A program made the position numbers and the translations under genes. Below the pieces are notes generated by a model, which did not search any database, was not told the origin of the DNA, and worked only from the letters and a program-made list of their open reading frames with translations. A stretch of 63,975 nt of DNA, the filler included, from Chiloscyllium plagiosum (lineage: Eukaryota): NCBI RefSeq assembly GCF_004010195.1. It is 5 parts of one record of this genome, joined end to end, with 100 filler letters (N's around TTAATTAATTAA, not from the genome) between each part and the next. Parts side by side here need not be neighbours in the genome. Positions count along the whole stretch, not along the records: positions 25,447 to 39,351 come from NC_057716.1; positions 39,452 to 48,763 come from NC_057716.1; positions 48,864 to 59,396 come from NC_057716.1; 2 more parts are not named here. One strand, 5' to 3'. This document shows, piece by piece, positions 37,570 through 51,079 of the stretch (its first letter is position 1; the number at the start of each line of letters is the position of its first letter).

Positions 37570-38640
37570 TAGGTAGCCCTTATCGCTTTTTTAATTGTCC
37601 TCTTCTGGTTTCTAAAGGCTTTCCCATTTTCTGACTTCCTTCTAATCTTCACCACATTGTATGCTTTTTCTTTTGCTTCTATGCTGTCCCTGTCTTCCCT
37701 TGTTAGCCATGGTTCTTTGTCATACCCTATATACTTTTTCTTCCTTGGGATGCATTTCTGCTGAGCCACCCAAATTACCCCCAGAAAACCCTACCATTGC
37801 TGCACCATCGTCTTCCTTGCCACGATCCCCATCCAATTAACTCTGGCCAGCTTTTCCTTTGTCTTTGTAATTTACTTTTACTCAATTGTAATACTGTTAC
37901 ATACAATTCCAGCATCTCCCTCTCATACTGCAGCGTGAGTTCTATCATACTATGATCTCTGCTCTCTAGGGGTTCCTTCATCTTCAGCTCCCTAATCTCC
38001 AAATCAAGAATTGCCTGTTTCTTAGTGGGCTCTATCATAAGCTGTTCCAAAAAAAAACTCATAAATATTCCACAAATTCCTTTTCTTTGGATCTGCTATC
38101 AAATGATTTGCCCAGTCCACCTGCATATTGAAATTCCCCATAATTATATTAATAGTGCCTTTCTTATAATCCTTTTCTATCTTCTGACTTATTTTCTTGC
38201 CCACATCCTGATTACTGCTAGGAGGCCTGCACTTAACTTCCATCACGGAATTTTCTCATTTGCAGTTCCTCAACTCTACCTACACAGATTCTATGCCTTC
38301 TGAAACTTTGTCAGTTCTTGCTACTGATTTAATTTATTTTCTTACCAATAAGGCAACTCTTCTCCCTCTGTCCACCTACCTGCCTGTCCTTTTCGATAGG
38401 ACACGTGTCCTTGGGTACTTAGTTCCGAGCCCTGATCCACTTACAGCCACTTCTCTGTAATACCCGAAACATCATACCCGCCAATTTCAATCTGAACTAC
38501 AAGCTCATTTACCTTGTTTCCTATATAGTGTGCATTCCAGTACAACACCCCTAGTCTTGCATTGACTGCCTTCTCATGGTTGTCCCCTTATCTGCTGTGC
38601 CTGAAGTTAGATTCCTGACCCTTTCCATACTCTCTGTCCT
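37570..38640 (-). mobile_element. CR1-type LINE endonuclease-region remnant
   Basis: RPPSS...IIMGNFN, EPTKKQAILDL, SRDHSMIE motifs, frameshifted. Confidence 0.8.
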
Positions 38641-39041
38641 AATACTTTTTTGTGGAAACTTTAATAATCTCTGCTGACCCTTCCCCCCCACTTCAACTTT
38701 ATCCCCAATTTTCCATGCAACTGAATTTTTTCAAAGGATGTGTCTGTCACTGGTTAGGCCAGCCTCCATTGCCCATTCCTAATACACTCTTAAATTCCCT
38801 CTGGGCCATCACATTGCTGTAGGTCTGGAGTCAGATGCAGGCCAAACCAGATGAAGATGGCAATTTGCTTCTCTACAGGATATTAATGGACGACATGTTT
38901 TTTTCCCTGAGAGTCAACAATGGATTTATGGTTACTAATAGACAATTGATTGCAGACTTTATTGAATTCAAATTCAACCATCTGTCACGGTAGGAGTTCA
39001 ACCCAGATCCCTAGAACATAACCTGGGTCTCTGGATTAATA

Positions 39042-39351
39042 GGAGAAAGTGAGGTCTGCAGATGCTGGAGATCAGAGCTGAAAATGTGTTGCTGGAAAAG
39101 CGCAGCAGGTCAGGTAGCATCCAGGGAACAAGAGAATCGACATAAGCCCTTCTTCAGGAATGAGGAAAGTTTGTCCAGCAGGCTAAGATAAAAGGTAGGG
39201 AGGAGGGACTTGGGGGACTGGCGTCGGAAATGCGATAGGTGGAAAGAGGTCAAGGTGAGGGTGATAGGTCAGACTGGGGTGGGGGCGGAGAGGTCAGGAA
39301 GAAGATTGCAGGTTAGGAAGGCGGTGCTGAGTTCGATGGATTTGACTGAGA
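39042..39351 (-). mobile_element. Penelope family B 3' end (hammerhead core partly deleted), cut by the contig end
   Basis: Same terminal sequence as 19825-19954 but lacking GTTTCGGGC. Confidence 0.85.
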
Positions 39352-39451
39352 NNNNNNNNNNNNNNNNNNNNNNNNNNNNNNNNNNNNNNNNNNNNTTAAT
39401 TAATTAANNNNNNNNNNNNNNNNNNNNNNNNNNNNNNNNNNNNNNNNNNNN
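39352..39451. other. Artificial contig linker
   Basis: 44 N + TTAATTAATTAA (39396-39407) + 44 N. Confidence 0.97.
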
Positions 39452-39566
39452 CTGGGGGCGGGGACGGGGATCGGCGTGGGGGCGGGGTTGGGCGTGGTGA
39501 TGGCGATTGGCGAAGGGGCGGGGTTAGACGTGGTGACGGAAATAGGCGTGGGGGCGGGGTTAGGCA
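39452..39566. repeat. G-rich 36-bp tandem repeat with GC boxes
   Basis: Units begin at 39473, 39509 and 39545. Four GGGGCGGGG boxes and one ATTGG. Confidence 0.8.
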
Positions 39567-42224
39567 TGCAGTCGACTTTATGTACATTTAAGTCGTCATT
39601 GGACAGGCATATGGACATACATGGAATAGTGTAGGTTAGATGGGCTTCAGATTGGTATGACAGGTCGATGCACCATCGAGGGCCGAAGGGCCTGTACTGC
39701 TCTGTAATGTTCTACATCTATGTAACCAATGTCCTGTACAGTCACAGCATGACCTCCCAACTCTTATACTCAATACTCTGATCATAAAGGCCTGCATAGC
39801 AAACACCTTCTTCACTATCTTATCTACCTATGACTCCACTTTCAAGGAACTATCACCATCTTCAACAAGAGACCTTTGGTCACTTCTCTTTCACATTATT
39901 GTTATTAAATCCTTCATCAACATCCTGACTGGGATATGGGATCATCATATGTGAAAAAAAACTTTAGTGGACCATCCATATAAATAAAGTGGCTGGAAGA
40001 ACAGCTCAGTGAGAGACTAAGCTACCTTAAGTGTCTCACCTCTTGAAACCCTAACACAATTCCACAATCTACAAGGTAGAAGTCAGGAGTGTGATGAAAT
40101 ATCATCCACTTGCATGGTTAAACACAGCTCCAACAACACTCAAGAGACCAGATGCCATTCATGATAAATCAGTCTATTTGCTAATTAAAGCATTCACTCT
40201 CTCTAAACTATCCCATGGCAGCAGTGTGAACCATCTAAAAGATGCATTGCAACAGTTCACAAAGGATCTTCCACCAGTATTTCTCAAACTTGCAATCTCA
40301 ACCACACAGAATGATAAGAGAAACAGACTTATAAAACACAGTCACCATCTAGGTTCCCATCCAATCATACCCCATCCTAATTTGGATTAAACTAGTCTTC
40401 CTTCATTGTCATTTTAACATCCTCCTGAGCAGTATTATGCCATTGCTTTCACCACATGGAGTACAAAGGTTCAAGCTGATCACCTCATTCTCAAGGGCAA
40501 TTTGCACAATGAGTGGTGGACTTAATTGCCTGAGACACACACATTCCATGAATGAATAAAAACATTTTTTTTAATAGTATGCAAGTTATATTGTCTAGAT
40601 CTAAACAGTTTATTGCAATAAATTGAGTAGGCAATCTAAATTAACAAGTTTGATGTTGAAACACACATGAAATAATTATTATATAGCATTGTTCATTGAG
40701 TTGCTGTATTTCCGAGACCAGTAATTCTCTCAAGTCAATATTATAATGTTATCATCAGGAATTCATCTGGAGATAACAGATAAAGGACAATCCTGGCCTT
40801 CTCAGTTGTTCAATAAATAAACTGCCCCATGCACCATGTGTTGAGGCACTGTTGCCTACCTACATATATAATAACAAGTTCAACCCGTTATCATATCAAG
40901 ATATTGATTTTGTTTGGCAATGATGCAAAGAGTGATAAGTGGCCGCAATGCTCCAAAACAAAAATCTGTTTTTGTTCAGGGTCATGATTTTATGATATCT
41001 GCTGAAAGTTTGTCTGTCAAGCTACTAATAGATCTAAGATGATCTGTGTGATAGTGATACTGGTGGCAATCATCATTTAAATTTATGCAAACTTCAAGGA
41101 ATTGTTTTCACCCTGTTTACAGCTTCAAAAGAGAAGGGCTTTGGGAAAATCAAAACAAAAATAAACACAAGAAATAAAACACTTTGCATTGTTATTGGAA
41201 CTTTCAGGATCTCTGAATATTTTAAAATATTTTTGTACTTTCTCATGGGATGTGGCTGTCATTGAGTCACACAGTCATACAATGCAGAAACAGAGCCTTT
41301 GGTCCAATGCGTCCATGTCGAATAGTTTTCAGAAACTGAACTAGTCCCATTTGCCTGCATTTGGCCCACATCCTTTTAAACCTTTTCTATTCATGTACCT
41401 GTCCAAATGTCTTAAGTGTTGTAATTTAACTTACCTTTGGTGGAGTTCTCCCAAATTAGTCTCAAAGAAATGGAGTGTTCTCCAAAGTGCGGTGCACAAA
41501 TGTTGCTGGCTTATGAATTACTCTTTAAGGTCAGACACTGTTAAAACACAGGAAAACATGGTTACCATATCACATCCAGCTAAGACCCGCAAAGAGTAAC
41601 GTTAAAAATTCTGAGATACCGTAATCTGTTTCTAATAAGGGGGCTGGATTTTCATTGGAGCAACCAAGAAAATGGCCTTGAACTTCTCCAAATAGTGAAT
41701 AGATTACTTTCTGTTCATCTGACAGAGCAGATGGGATATGAGTTTAACATTTCACCTGAAAGATGATACTTCCTAAAATATAGCAATCCTCAGTGAAATA
41801 CTAAGATTTTTTTAAAGTGTGAGCTTAGTTTATGTACTCTTATCTCTGGAGTGTCAATGAGACCTGTAAACCTCTGAATTAAACTAAAGATTGCCATAAT
41901 AAATCAAGCACAATACCATCAGTCACAACCATTTGTAAGCAATATGTATTACTGTTCTTTGATATTAGCCTCTCCCATTCAGTGCTTCTTATTGGCAATA
42001 GGTCTGGCAGTACATTTCCTGGATGTTTGACAATAGGATATTCCCACATGAAGTTACCTGCAGTTTGAAAATAGTCCTGAGTTTAACAATAAAGGCTGCA
42101 TTTCTTGTTGTTGAGTGTTGTAGTTGTGCTGCATAGCATTCTTGTAAAAGATACAAAAGTAGAGAATGGAAGGATTTATAAAAGTAGACTGTGAACTTCG
42201 TTAATTTTTTTGCCACTATTGCGT

Positions 42225-42670
42225 GATGTGCTGCATTTTAGAAAGGAAAATCAGGCAGGATTTCTATATTTAATGGTAAGGTCCTGGAGAATGTTGCTGG
42301 ATAAAGAGACTTTGCAGTGCAGGTTCATAGTTGGTTTAAAGTGGAGTCACAGGCAGATAGGATAGTGAAGAAGGCGTTTGTTATGCTTTATTGGTCAGTG
42401 CATTGAGTATAAGAATTGGGAGGTCATGTTGTGGATATTTGTTAGGCCACTTCTGGAATGCTGTGTGCAATTCTGGTCTCCCTGCTATAAGAAGGATGTT
42501 GTGAAACCTGAAAGGGTTCAGAAAAGATTTACAAGGATTTTGCCAGGGTTAGAAGGTTTAAACTGTATGGAGAGGGTGAATAGGCTGGAGCTATTTTCCC
42601 TAGAACATTGGAGGAAGAGACGTGACCTTATAGAAGTTTATAAAATCATGAGAAGCATGGATAGAGCAAA
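42225..42670 (+). mobile_element. CR1-type LINE 3' RT fragment
   Basis: VRPLLECCVQFWSP...ERVQKRFTRILPGL...DLIEVYKIMR. Confidence 0.9.
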
Positions 42671-42699
42671 GTAGGATATAATTTGCAGCAATACTGAGA

Positions 42700-43103
42700 C
42701 CTTTGCAACCTCCTCCACCGCCTCAACAAGGCCACCCACAAACTAGAGGAGGAACACCTCATCTTCTGCCATAGCAGCCTACAACCACATGGCTTCAACA
42801 TCAAATTCACCAGTTTCCAAATCTGCCACCCATCAACACATCCCAGCCCCAACACTCCAACTCACATCCACCCTCTTGACCTGACCTACCTGCCCATCTT
42901 CTTTCACACCTATCCGCTCCACACTTCCCACTGACCTATCAACATCACCTCCCACCTTCACACACATATTGCCATCCCACGTACCTTACCCCAGCACCAA
43001 CCCCCTCCCCCTATTTATTTCTCATCCCTCTTCCCCATACCAGTCTTGATGAAGAGTTATGCCTGAAATGTCGACTCTCCTGCTCCTCAGCTGCTGCCTA
43101 ACC
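42700..43103 (+). mobile_element. Penelope family B 3' end (GIY-YIG C-terminus, C-rich UTR, decayed hammerhead), inserted in a LINE
   Basis: KLEEEHLIFCHSSLQPHGFNIKFTSF. TTGATGAAGAGTTATGCCTGAAATGTC near 43046-43072. Confidence 0.8.
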
Positions 43104-46100
43104 TAAGTGTCAGTTCCCATGCTGTACGTCTCTATGACTCTATAACTACTGCAAAGTCAATTTTCATAATTTATTTCATTTTCCATTACTCACAGACTTA
43201 ATAACAGGTTTCTACTTTTGGGAATAAATGAAAGTTGCCTTACACTAAGCCACTTTTCTACTTTAGAAAATATGAATTATGAAGGAGATTTCATATTAAG
43301 TATTCAGTCATATCTCATTTACACTTTTAATTCAGTTTGTATGCATTGATAATTTAGTGATTTTTGAAAGAGAATTGCATTGTCAACTGAATTTCATTTC
43401 AAGTGATGATTGTTCAACATCGATAAATGTCTGTTGAAATATTTCAGTTTTATCAAGCGCTTTACATGGAAAACAATTAGCATCCATTCCTGTTGAAGGG
43501 CTTTTACATGAAATTTCGATATTCCTGCTCCTTGGATGCTGGCTGACCTGCTGTGCTTTCCAGCACCACACTCTTGACTCTAATCTCCAGCATCTGCAGT
43601 CCTCACTTTTACCCTGTTCCAATGGTTGTTTTCCATGATCTATTTGTACAAAAATATCTTTGTTGAGAAATACAATTTAAATTTAATTCTTAAAAGGTTC
43701 TTAGTTTGTGACATTTCACTTTCTGTCTGGTTTTTGGACATGGCAGTTATAAATTGGCAATTCTATTTGCGCCAAATCTGACATTTCTGCTTGTCTGGCT
43801 GCTTTCCAATGCTGATCACACTCCCTTTTGTTTGACAGGCCATCAAAGGGTTTGCTGTCAGACCTTGAATCAATTCCATGAGAGATTCTGTACTCATGAA
43901 CTACAGACACAACACACAACACAAAACTATTCCTGGGTGATTAGCCTTTCATTTCAGGAGACACCAAGCTATAGGGTTCCAAATATATGAAAGTGGCAGG
44001 CAAATGTGATCTTGAAAGTTCCAAAAACACTTAGAAAGTTCAATCACCAGAACAATCAATCCAGAGAAAAGTTGCCCATGCAAGTAGAAAAGGCAAGGAC
44101 AACTCCTCCAATCAAAGCAGAGAAGCAGAGTGTAATTGGAAGTGCAACAGGTGGTTAGGAAAGTAAGTGCCAGCAGTGAGGAAGTGGCTGGGGACAGACT
44201 TGATTTTCTGAGGCAGGCAGAGGCAGTCTTTAACTTTGAAGGGAGCACTTTATTTTTGAGCGGTTGTGAGCCATGTCTGGGACTCGGCTGGGTGTTGGCG
44301 GCTATGATTTCAGCAAGAGGTAAGGAGACTGTTTCAAAAGTGTGGTGATCAGAGGGAGGCTTCAAAAAGAGTGTATGGGAGGGAGAAGGAGGGGACAAGA
44401 TTGAGGGAGCCAGAAAATGTAGATTTTTAAAAATTCATTCACAGGATGAGGGTATCACTGGCCAAATCAGCATTTATTGCCTATCCTTAATTGTTAAGAG
44501 TCAACCACATTGCTGTGGGCCTAGAGTCACATGTAGGCCAGACCAGGCAAAGTTGGCAGTTTCCTTCCCTAAAGGGCATTACTGAACCAGATGTATTTTT
44601 TCCAACAATCGACAATGGATTTACAGTCAGCATTAGATGCTTACTTCCAGATTTTACTGAGTTCAAATTATACCATCTTCCATGCCAGGATTTGAACCTA
44701 AATTCCCAGGACATTACCTGAATCTCTGGATTAATAGTCTAGCAATAATACCATTGGGCCATTGCCTCTCCTCTGATCTGAAATAAAAATTGGTTGTTTT
44801 TACTAGATTTGAACATTGCAATACATTTGTTAGCAGTCCATCAGTTAACAAACTGCTAATTAAACACATACGTTATAGTGCATACAGTGAATGCTCAGCT
44901 TCTTACCAATTGCACACTTTGGAAGCTGACCAAATTGATAGACTTAAGCTTTCAATCATTCTTTGCCATGACTTTTTTACCTTTCCATCCAAGGTGAGTA
45001 GGATATTTCATTGACAAGATTATAATGGCCTATCAAAATCCACCTTAAGCAATTATTATGCAAGGAGACATCTAATTAATTCAAACTTTCCTAATATTTG
45101 AGACTAACTTGATTTTGAACATCTGTTTCAATTTTCTTCAGTAATTTCAGCCCCACTGGATGTTATATATGCCCTCAAGATTTAAGAAAGCAACTCTATT
45201 TCCTGACCTCTCACATATCTCAAAGCTATAGGATAATTAAACAGTCCAAGTAACTTCTGACTACTTATAAATTTGCAGATTGGAGATTTTTTTAAAAATG
45301 TCTATCTGATAAAGCAATTGGAAAAAATCATGTATTATTGTGGAGATAGGTTCTCTGCATTTCAACAGAAGATTAATTCTGATATCATCAAACAATGTCA
45401 GTTCATGCAAATTCCTCAAAGACACATATTTCAAAACACACAGGTTAGCAAACAAACATTTTGGTTCGTTTTTTTTTTTTTTTATATACGCAGAAAGCTT
45501 CTTCAAAGTTCTAACTTGAAATCAACAATGTAAGATACCGCTGAAGTATGTCTGCTTATTGGTTTTGGTCTGTAGTTATGACTTGTACATATTTTGGTAA
45601 ATATGCCATTGTTTTAAAGTAATCTTGACAGTGATTCTGTATATCTTCATGAAAACAGGTTTCAACTGTTAATGGGTTACTTTAGTTCAATAAGCTATTT
45701 TGCCTCACAATGCACACTCGTCAAATTTAGCCAGTATTTGAACATTTGTCTCCAACCAACATCATTCTGTATTTCACTTTAACTGTTAATCCTCCCTTGG
45801 GCTAAATAGCTTTTACAAATCTCAACCACAGTTTTCACTTAAAAATACGATTAAGTCAATCAAAAATATTGCAACCTCTTACAAATATAAGTTTGTTATT
45901 TTTGTTTCTTCTAGTTGGTGACAGTACGTCAAGCATTGCTCCTGAGGTTAATTGGAAAAATTATCTAATCAGGACAAAACAGAAAATAGGTTCTACAGAG
46001 TTCTCTTCAGTCTGCTACACAAATCTACGCCATTCCTATTTCAGGTACAACTGTGATCCATCAAAGTCATTTCTCTGACAGTCCCCATGGGCGCTCAGTG

Positions 46101-47930
46101 GCTCAGCCAAGCATGGCAGCTCTGACACAGTACCGGCTGCACAAATGAAATTGGATGATTTAAACGGCTTGTATAGTTTTAACCTCACGTTTATTTGATG
46201 GACAATGTTTTTTGTCTCTTGCCTGGGGTATCTGAATGAGTGGGAACTGTTGGATTAACAGCTGGTATCCCCGCTAGCAATCTGACAAACCATAGACTAA
46301 ACGTAGCCAATGCATTTCAGGAAAAGGAGCCCATGTCTTGTCTTTCAGTGGCAAAGACTAATATCATGCAAGATACAGGCATATATTGCATTATGTTTTC
46401 ATTCTTAGTATAAACAGGCATAGAACAAATGCATTGAAAAACCTTCAACATTAACGACTGATTACAGCCACAATTACATTTTAAAATTAAAGTCGAGCAA
46501 AGAACCTGCAATAATCTTCCTTTCATTCCTACATTTCAGAGAGAAATTGAAACGCTTGTGCAATAAAATTGATTTTATTTCTAATATAATTAGAATATCA
46601 CTTCAAACTGCAGAGAGAATTCCTGTCTCCTCCCAAAATAGTGAAAGCATTTCAATGCTGCACTTTCAATAGTATCAAAGCTTCAATTGTCCTTTTATGT
46701 ATTGATAAAACATTTGTCATTCTATGTGACTGTCTAACTGTCTCTATTTCTCAGAGTAACATGTCCTCTGTCACAAAATGAAAGAGAACTGAATAACAAT
46801 AAGGACGGTTGAAATAGAGAAATTATGCACCAAACTGAATCAACAAGATGCTTATCTTACTGAATAGGTGTAACAATCTTATTGAATAGGTGAGCAAACA
46901 TAATGTTCATTTTATACACAACATAACAAGAATACATAAGCTCTGAGGTCCTGCTTGAAGTCTTACTGGACAATCTATTCAAAATGTTAATTGCATGCTT
47001 TCCACAAGCCCTTACAACATAATGAAGCATATCAAGAGCTTCTTACAATAGATAACAATTTTCCTCTGTTTCAAAATCAATGAAGGTAATGATAATTCTT
47101 GTCATTAAAATATGCATACAAGATTCTAGACCACTGAAGATGTGAAACTTAGGATGGAACATTTTAGGCATTCAAAGGCATGGGTTATGGCAAGAGTTGT
47201 GGTAAAATTGTGCAACAAATTTGGCAAGGTTTGTCTTGACCTCAGGAACAACTTACTACATCTTTTACAAATCTGCAAGGTGTTGGGAGTTTCTTACTCG
47301 GCTGTGATGAGTTGTCAATTAAGGAGATTATTGCATGTTAAATGCCTTATTAACTGCACATCTCACTTCATAAACACGCAGCTTCCTATTTTATCATGCA
47401 TGCACACAAATTAAATGTTGATAATTCTCAAGAAGGAAGTAACACACTGCGCATGTCTGAAATTGGGTAAGAGCTCATTCTTAGTCCAGTCAAGGGAGGG
47501 TCGGGGGACCTGGTACAATCAGTTAGGGACACATTCCACGCACAGTCCAGGGCTTGACAAAGGTTATTCATCTGAATGGGCCAAGTACAGACAATGCATA
47601 TGTCCAACACCAGTCTGGGCAACAGGTTTCTGTAAAGTCAGGACCAGCAGTCAGGGGAATTGTCCAGTCAGAGAACTACAAAGTCAGGGTCTGGACAGTT
47701 ATGTCCAAGGGTTGTTCATTGCAGTCGGTCAGAGGTCTGTGCAAATACAGTCCTGGAAAGTATGTACTAGGCACTGAAAAATTGTAGGGGAGGTCTGTAG
47801 GGAGATCACTGCCAAAAGGAATCAAGGCGGGAACAGAAAGCAGAGGCATGTGTTGAGGTGGAGACAAGTGATGAGGCAATCTCAAGGTTTGTAAGAGTAG
47901 AAGGAACACCATTGGAATCCACAGGAGGAG

Positions 47931-47966
47931 CTTCCTGATGAGGGGCTTTTGCCTGAAACGTTGATT
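47931..47966 (+). ncRNA. Minimal hammerhead ribozyme motif in a Penelope family B fragment (~47931-48062)
   Basis: CUGAUGA-G-GGGC-UUUU-GCCU-GAAAC-GUU. Confidence 0.7.
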
Positions 47967-48763
47967 TTCCTGCTCCTCAGATGCTGCCTGACCTGCTGTG
48001 CTTTTCCAACACCACCCCAATATTGATTCTGATCTCCAGCATCTGCAGTCCTCACTTTTGCCTAGGAGGAGTATAATGGCAGAGACAACCACTGTCACCT
48101 CCACAGGTGTAAGATAGAGAAATAGGGTAGGCATCACTAAGCTGTAATGTTGGGACAACAGCTATAAGCAAAGTGTCAGTTAGATGGATAAAAGCATAGG
48201 ATCCATGACTGCTGCATTCTAGGACACCAAAGGGAAAATATATGAAGCATACATTTGCAAGCTGCAGCTATATTTCATTTGTAATTGTTCCTTTGCCCAT
48301 TTATTATTGAAGATGCTCAGAGTTCAAATGCTGGTCAAAGGCAACTTGCACCACACTATAGGTACTTGCAAATCAACACTTGGTATTCCAATGATGCCAA
48401 AAAAATGGCAATGACTAAAAGAGAGGTGAATGCTAGACCAAAGCAAATCATCATCTGTGATACTTCCAAGGGTGCAGTGGGAGGAGCATGTGTCATTATC
48501 ATATGTCGTATATGTATGATGATGAACTCTACTGAATGCAATAAAACGTTGAATGATTAATGTGGATCTGGGATGGGAAGGGCAACAGGCAGTGCATTTT
48601 TGATGTAATGCAATGGTCATTCAACTGGCATGTCACCTTCACCAAGTTGGTGCCTATGCTTTAACTAGGATCACGATGCAGCAGACAGTTTTAAAAGGGA
48701 GAAGAACAGACAAAGGATGCACATGGTGAGGTCAGTGCAGGAGAGAGAGAGAAAGAAACTGAC

Positions 48764-48863
48764 NNNNNNNNNNNNNNNNNNNNNNNNNNNNNNNNNNNNN
48801 NNNNNNNTTAATTAATTAANNNNNNNNNNNNNNNNNNNNNNNNNNNNNNNNNNNNNNNNNNNN
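48764..48863. other. Artificial contig linker
   Basis: 44 N + TTAATTAATTAA (48808-48819) + 44 N. Confidence 0.97.
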
Positions 48864-48888
48864 TCAACCCTTCAGGCTCTCTGCCTGT

Positions 48889-48924
48889 ACTCCTGATGAA
48901 GGGCTTTTGCCCGAAACGTCGATT
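48889..48924 (+). ncRNA. Minimal hammerhead ribozyme motif with canonical GUC triplet, in a Penelope family B terminus (48864-49020)
   Basis: uc-CUGAUGA-A-GGGC-UUUU-GCCC-GAAAC-GUC-ga. Predicted cleavage after 48920. Confidence 0.8.
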
Positions 48925-51079
48925 TTCCTGCTCCTCGGATGCTGCCTGAATTGCTGTGCTTTTCCAGCACCACTCTAATCTAGACTTTGGTTTCCAGCAT
49001 CTGCAGTCATTGTTTTTACCACTGAAATGACTTCAGGCTGAGTTAGATAATTCTTTTATGTCTCCAAAGTCTAAGAGTTATGGGTTGCGAGACCACAACC
49101 AGCTCAGCTTTGATTTTGCCGAATAGCAGATCAGGTTCAAAGGGCTACTTCCTGTCCCTAATGTTTATATTGTGCTTAATACCAAATCTGATACCTGCAC
49201 ACTGATATGCTAATCTGGAATATCCTGGATTGTTGGTGTTGATACATACACTGTCACCAGACTCCTTGCTCCTTAACTCTAAGTGAAACTCTTCAACTCC
49301 TTGTGTACTACACCAAGTCTGTTACATCAGTATATGCTGTGTTTTCAAATGCAACTCTCTACTACAGTGTCTAAGTCTTCACTTTTACTGATAACTGAGC
49401 CATGTGATCAGTTACATTTTCACAGTTTGCATGAATCTCATTAGAACATAGGATTTAATTGTAGTATAATGTTCTATGTTCCTAGAAGCAATTTATTTAA
49501 TGGAAATAAATCTGCAGTGTTTGGTGGGACTATAAATGAAGCTATTTCCCCCCCGTGGCTCTCATTGTGTGTGAAGTTAGGCAATGAACTGGTACCTGAA
49601 CTAGCTAATAGTGGGCCACCAAGTTTTGTGGAATTCCTCCTGTATAATCATGAGGGGAATGGTCAACCTTATCCCATTCAGGGAAACTATATTTCTGTGT
49701 ACAGAACATAGGGAACAAATTGATGGAAAAAAAAATGCTTACAAAATCCACACATGCCTTTCATTAACATTCAAGCTATACTCCAGCAGTATTCAAAACC
49801 CCAAGGTACCTCTCACAGCAAATCTCCTCCACTTGCATTCCTTTAATCAAATTATACCAATTTTGAAAACCTGAATGATTGTAACCCTGCCTGGGGAATT
49901 GTAAACCTGTTAATCTCAAAGATGTGAAATGTAAAGTGGCAGTCTATTTGTGTCTTTGTATTTTGATTGAGCTTTACTTCTATTTTTCTCTTCACTTTCT
50001 GATCTCTAAGGGGCATAGACCAAACATTCAAGAGAAAGTGATCTGCTCACAGGGCTCTCTTGCTGCTGCTGCTGTTCTGAAATTCTGCACAAAGCTATCT
50101 CCATACAAACGCAGTTCCCAAGGGATACAGAGGTAAACGGTGCAGGGTTTAAACTATACTGTCAAGTATGGAAGCATTTAATATTAATTTTGAAGACGCT
50201 TACATTGAATGCTGAAGATAACTGTGTAAAATAGCTGTGGAAATGTAATTGTAAAATACTTTGGGTAAAGAAACTGCTGGAAAATTCCATGGAACCTTTC
50301 CAAATTATACATATAACAATTCCCAGAGTTTTGGTAAAGAATTGGAACAGCCAGAAACATTAGCAGATAATACTAGGACAGATTTTGCAACATGAATAGC
50401 ATTGAGGTTATTGGAGGACTATGGTTCAAGTTTATGGATTGTTAAAATGATCAATGGTTAGTTATTGCTTAAGTAGAATTAGGCAATAAAACATATCACC
50501 CAACGTTCAACTGTTCAAATGTCCACTACAATTTCACTTAAATGGAAATAAGTTTGTAGTCTGATGGCGCAACATCTGAATTAATTTCTTATTCATATTC
50601 TGCATGTTTTTACATCTCATCTCTACCACAACCATCTGCTTCTTCAGCATTACCTACTTATCGTGGCAAACTCAGTCAAGTTTTGATGCAGCTTCTAACA
50701 GTTCCAAGCATGATAACCGGTGTGTTGGGTGACCATATAATTCTGAGTGACCTTCACAAGACAATTCCACCTGTACCAAACTGTCCACAATTTTTCATGA
50801 ACTGAGCAAAGCTTAGGGTGGCATCACGATCAGTGCCGAAACTGTACTCTTCATTCACCAAGAAAACTACCTGCAAGGATCTAGATATATCTGTGGCCAC
50901 CTCAGCCTGACGTAATTTTAAATCAAGTCAAGGGAATCTCCAGATATGCAACTATGATGTCAAACAGTGTAGTTGATCCAATCAAACTTAAGTAGTCTCA
51001 GAGACAGCAAATCAGGAATAAAACTTTAGTTTCCATGTTGCCAAATTTGAACTAGATTTGTTCTAATGGGCAAGATGGG

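Noticed and set aside
41989..46120. Isolated exon-like segments near 42058-42140 (-), 45279-45443 (+) and 46045 (+)
   Set aside because: Splice-like sites exist, but there is no consistent chain, strand agreement or recognisable protein.
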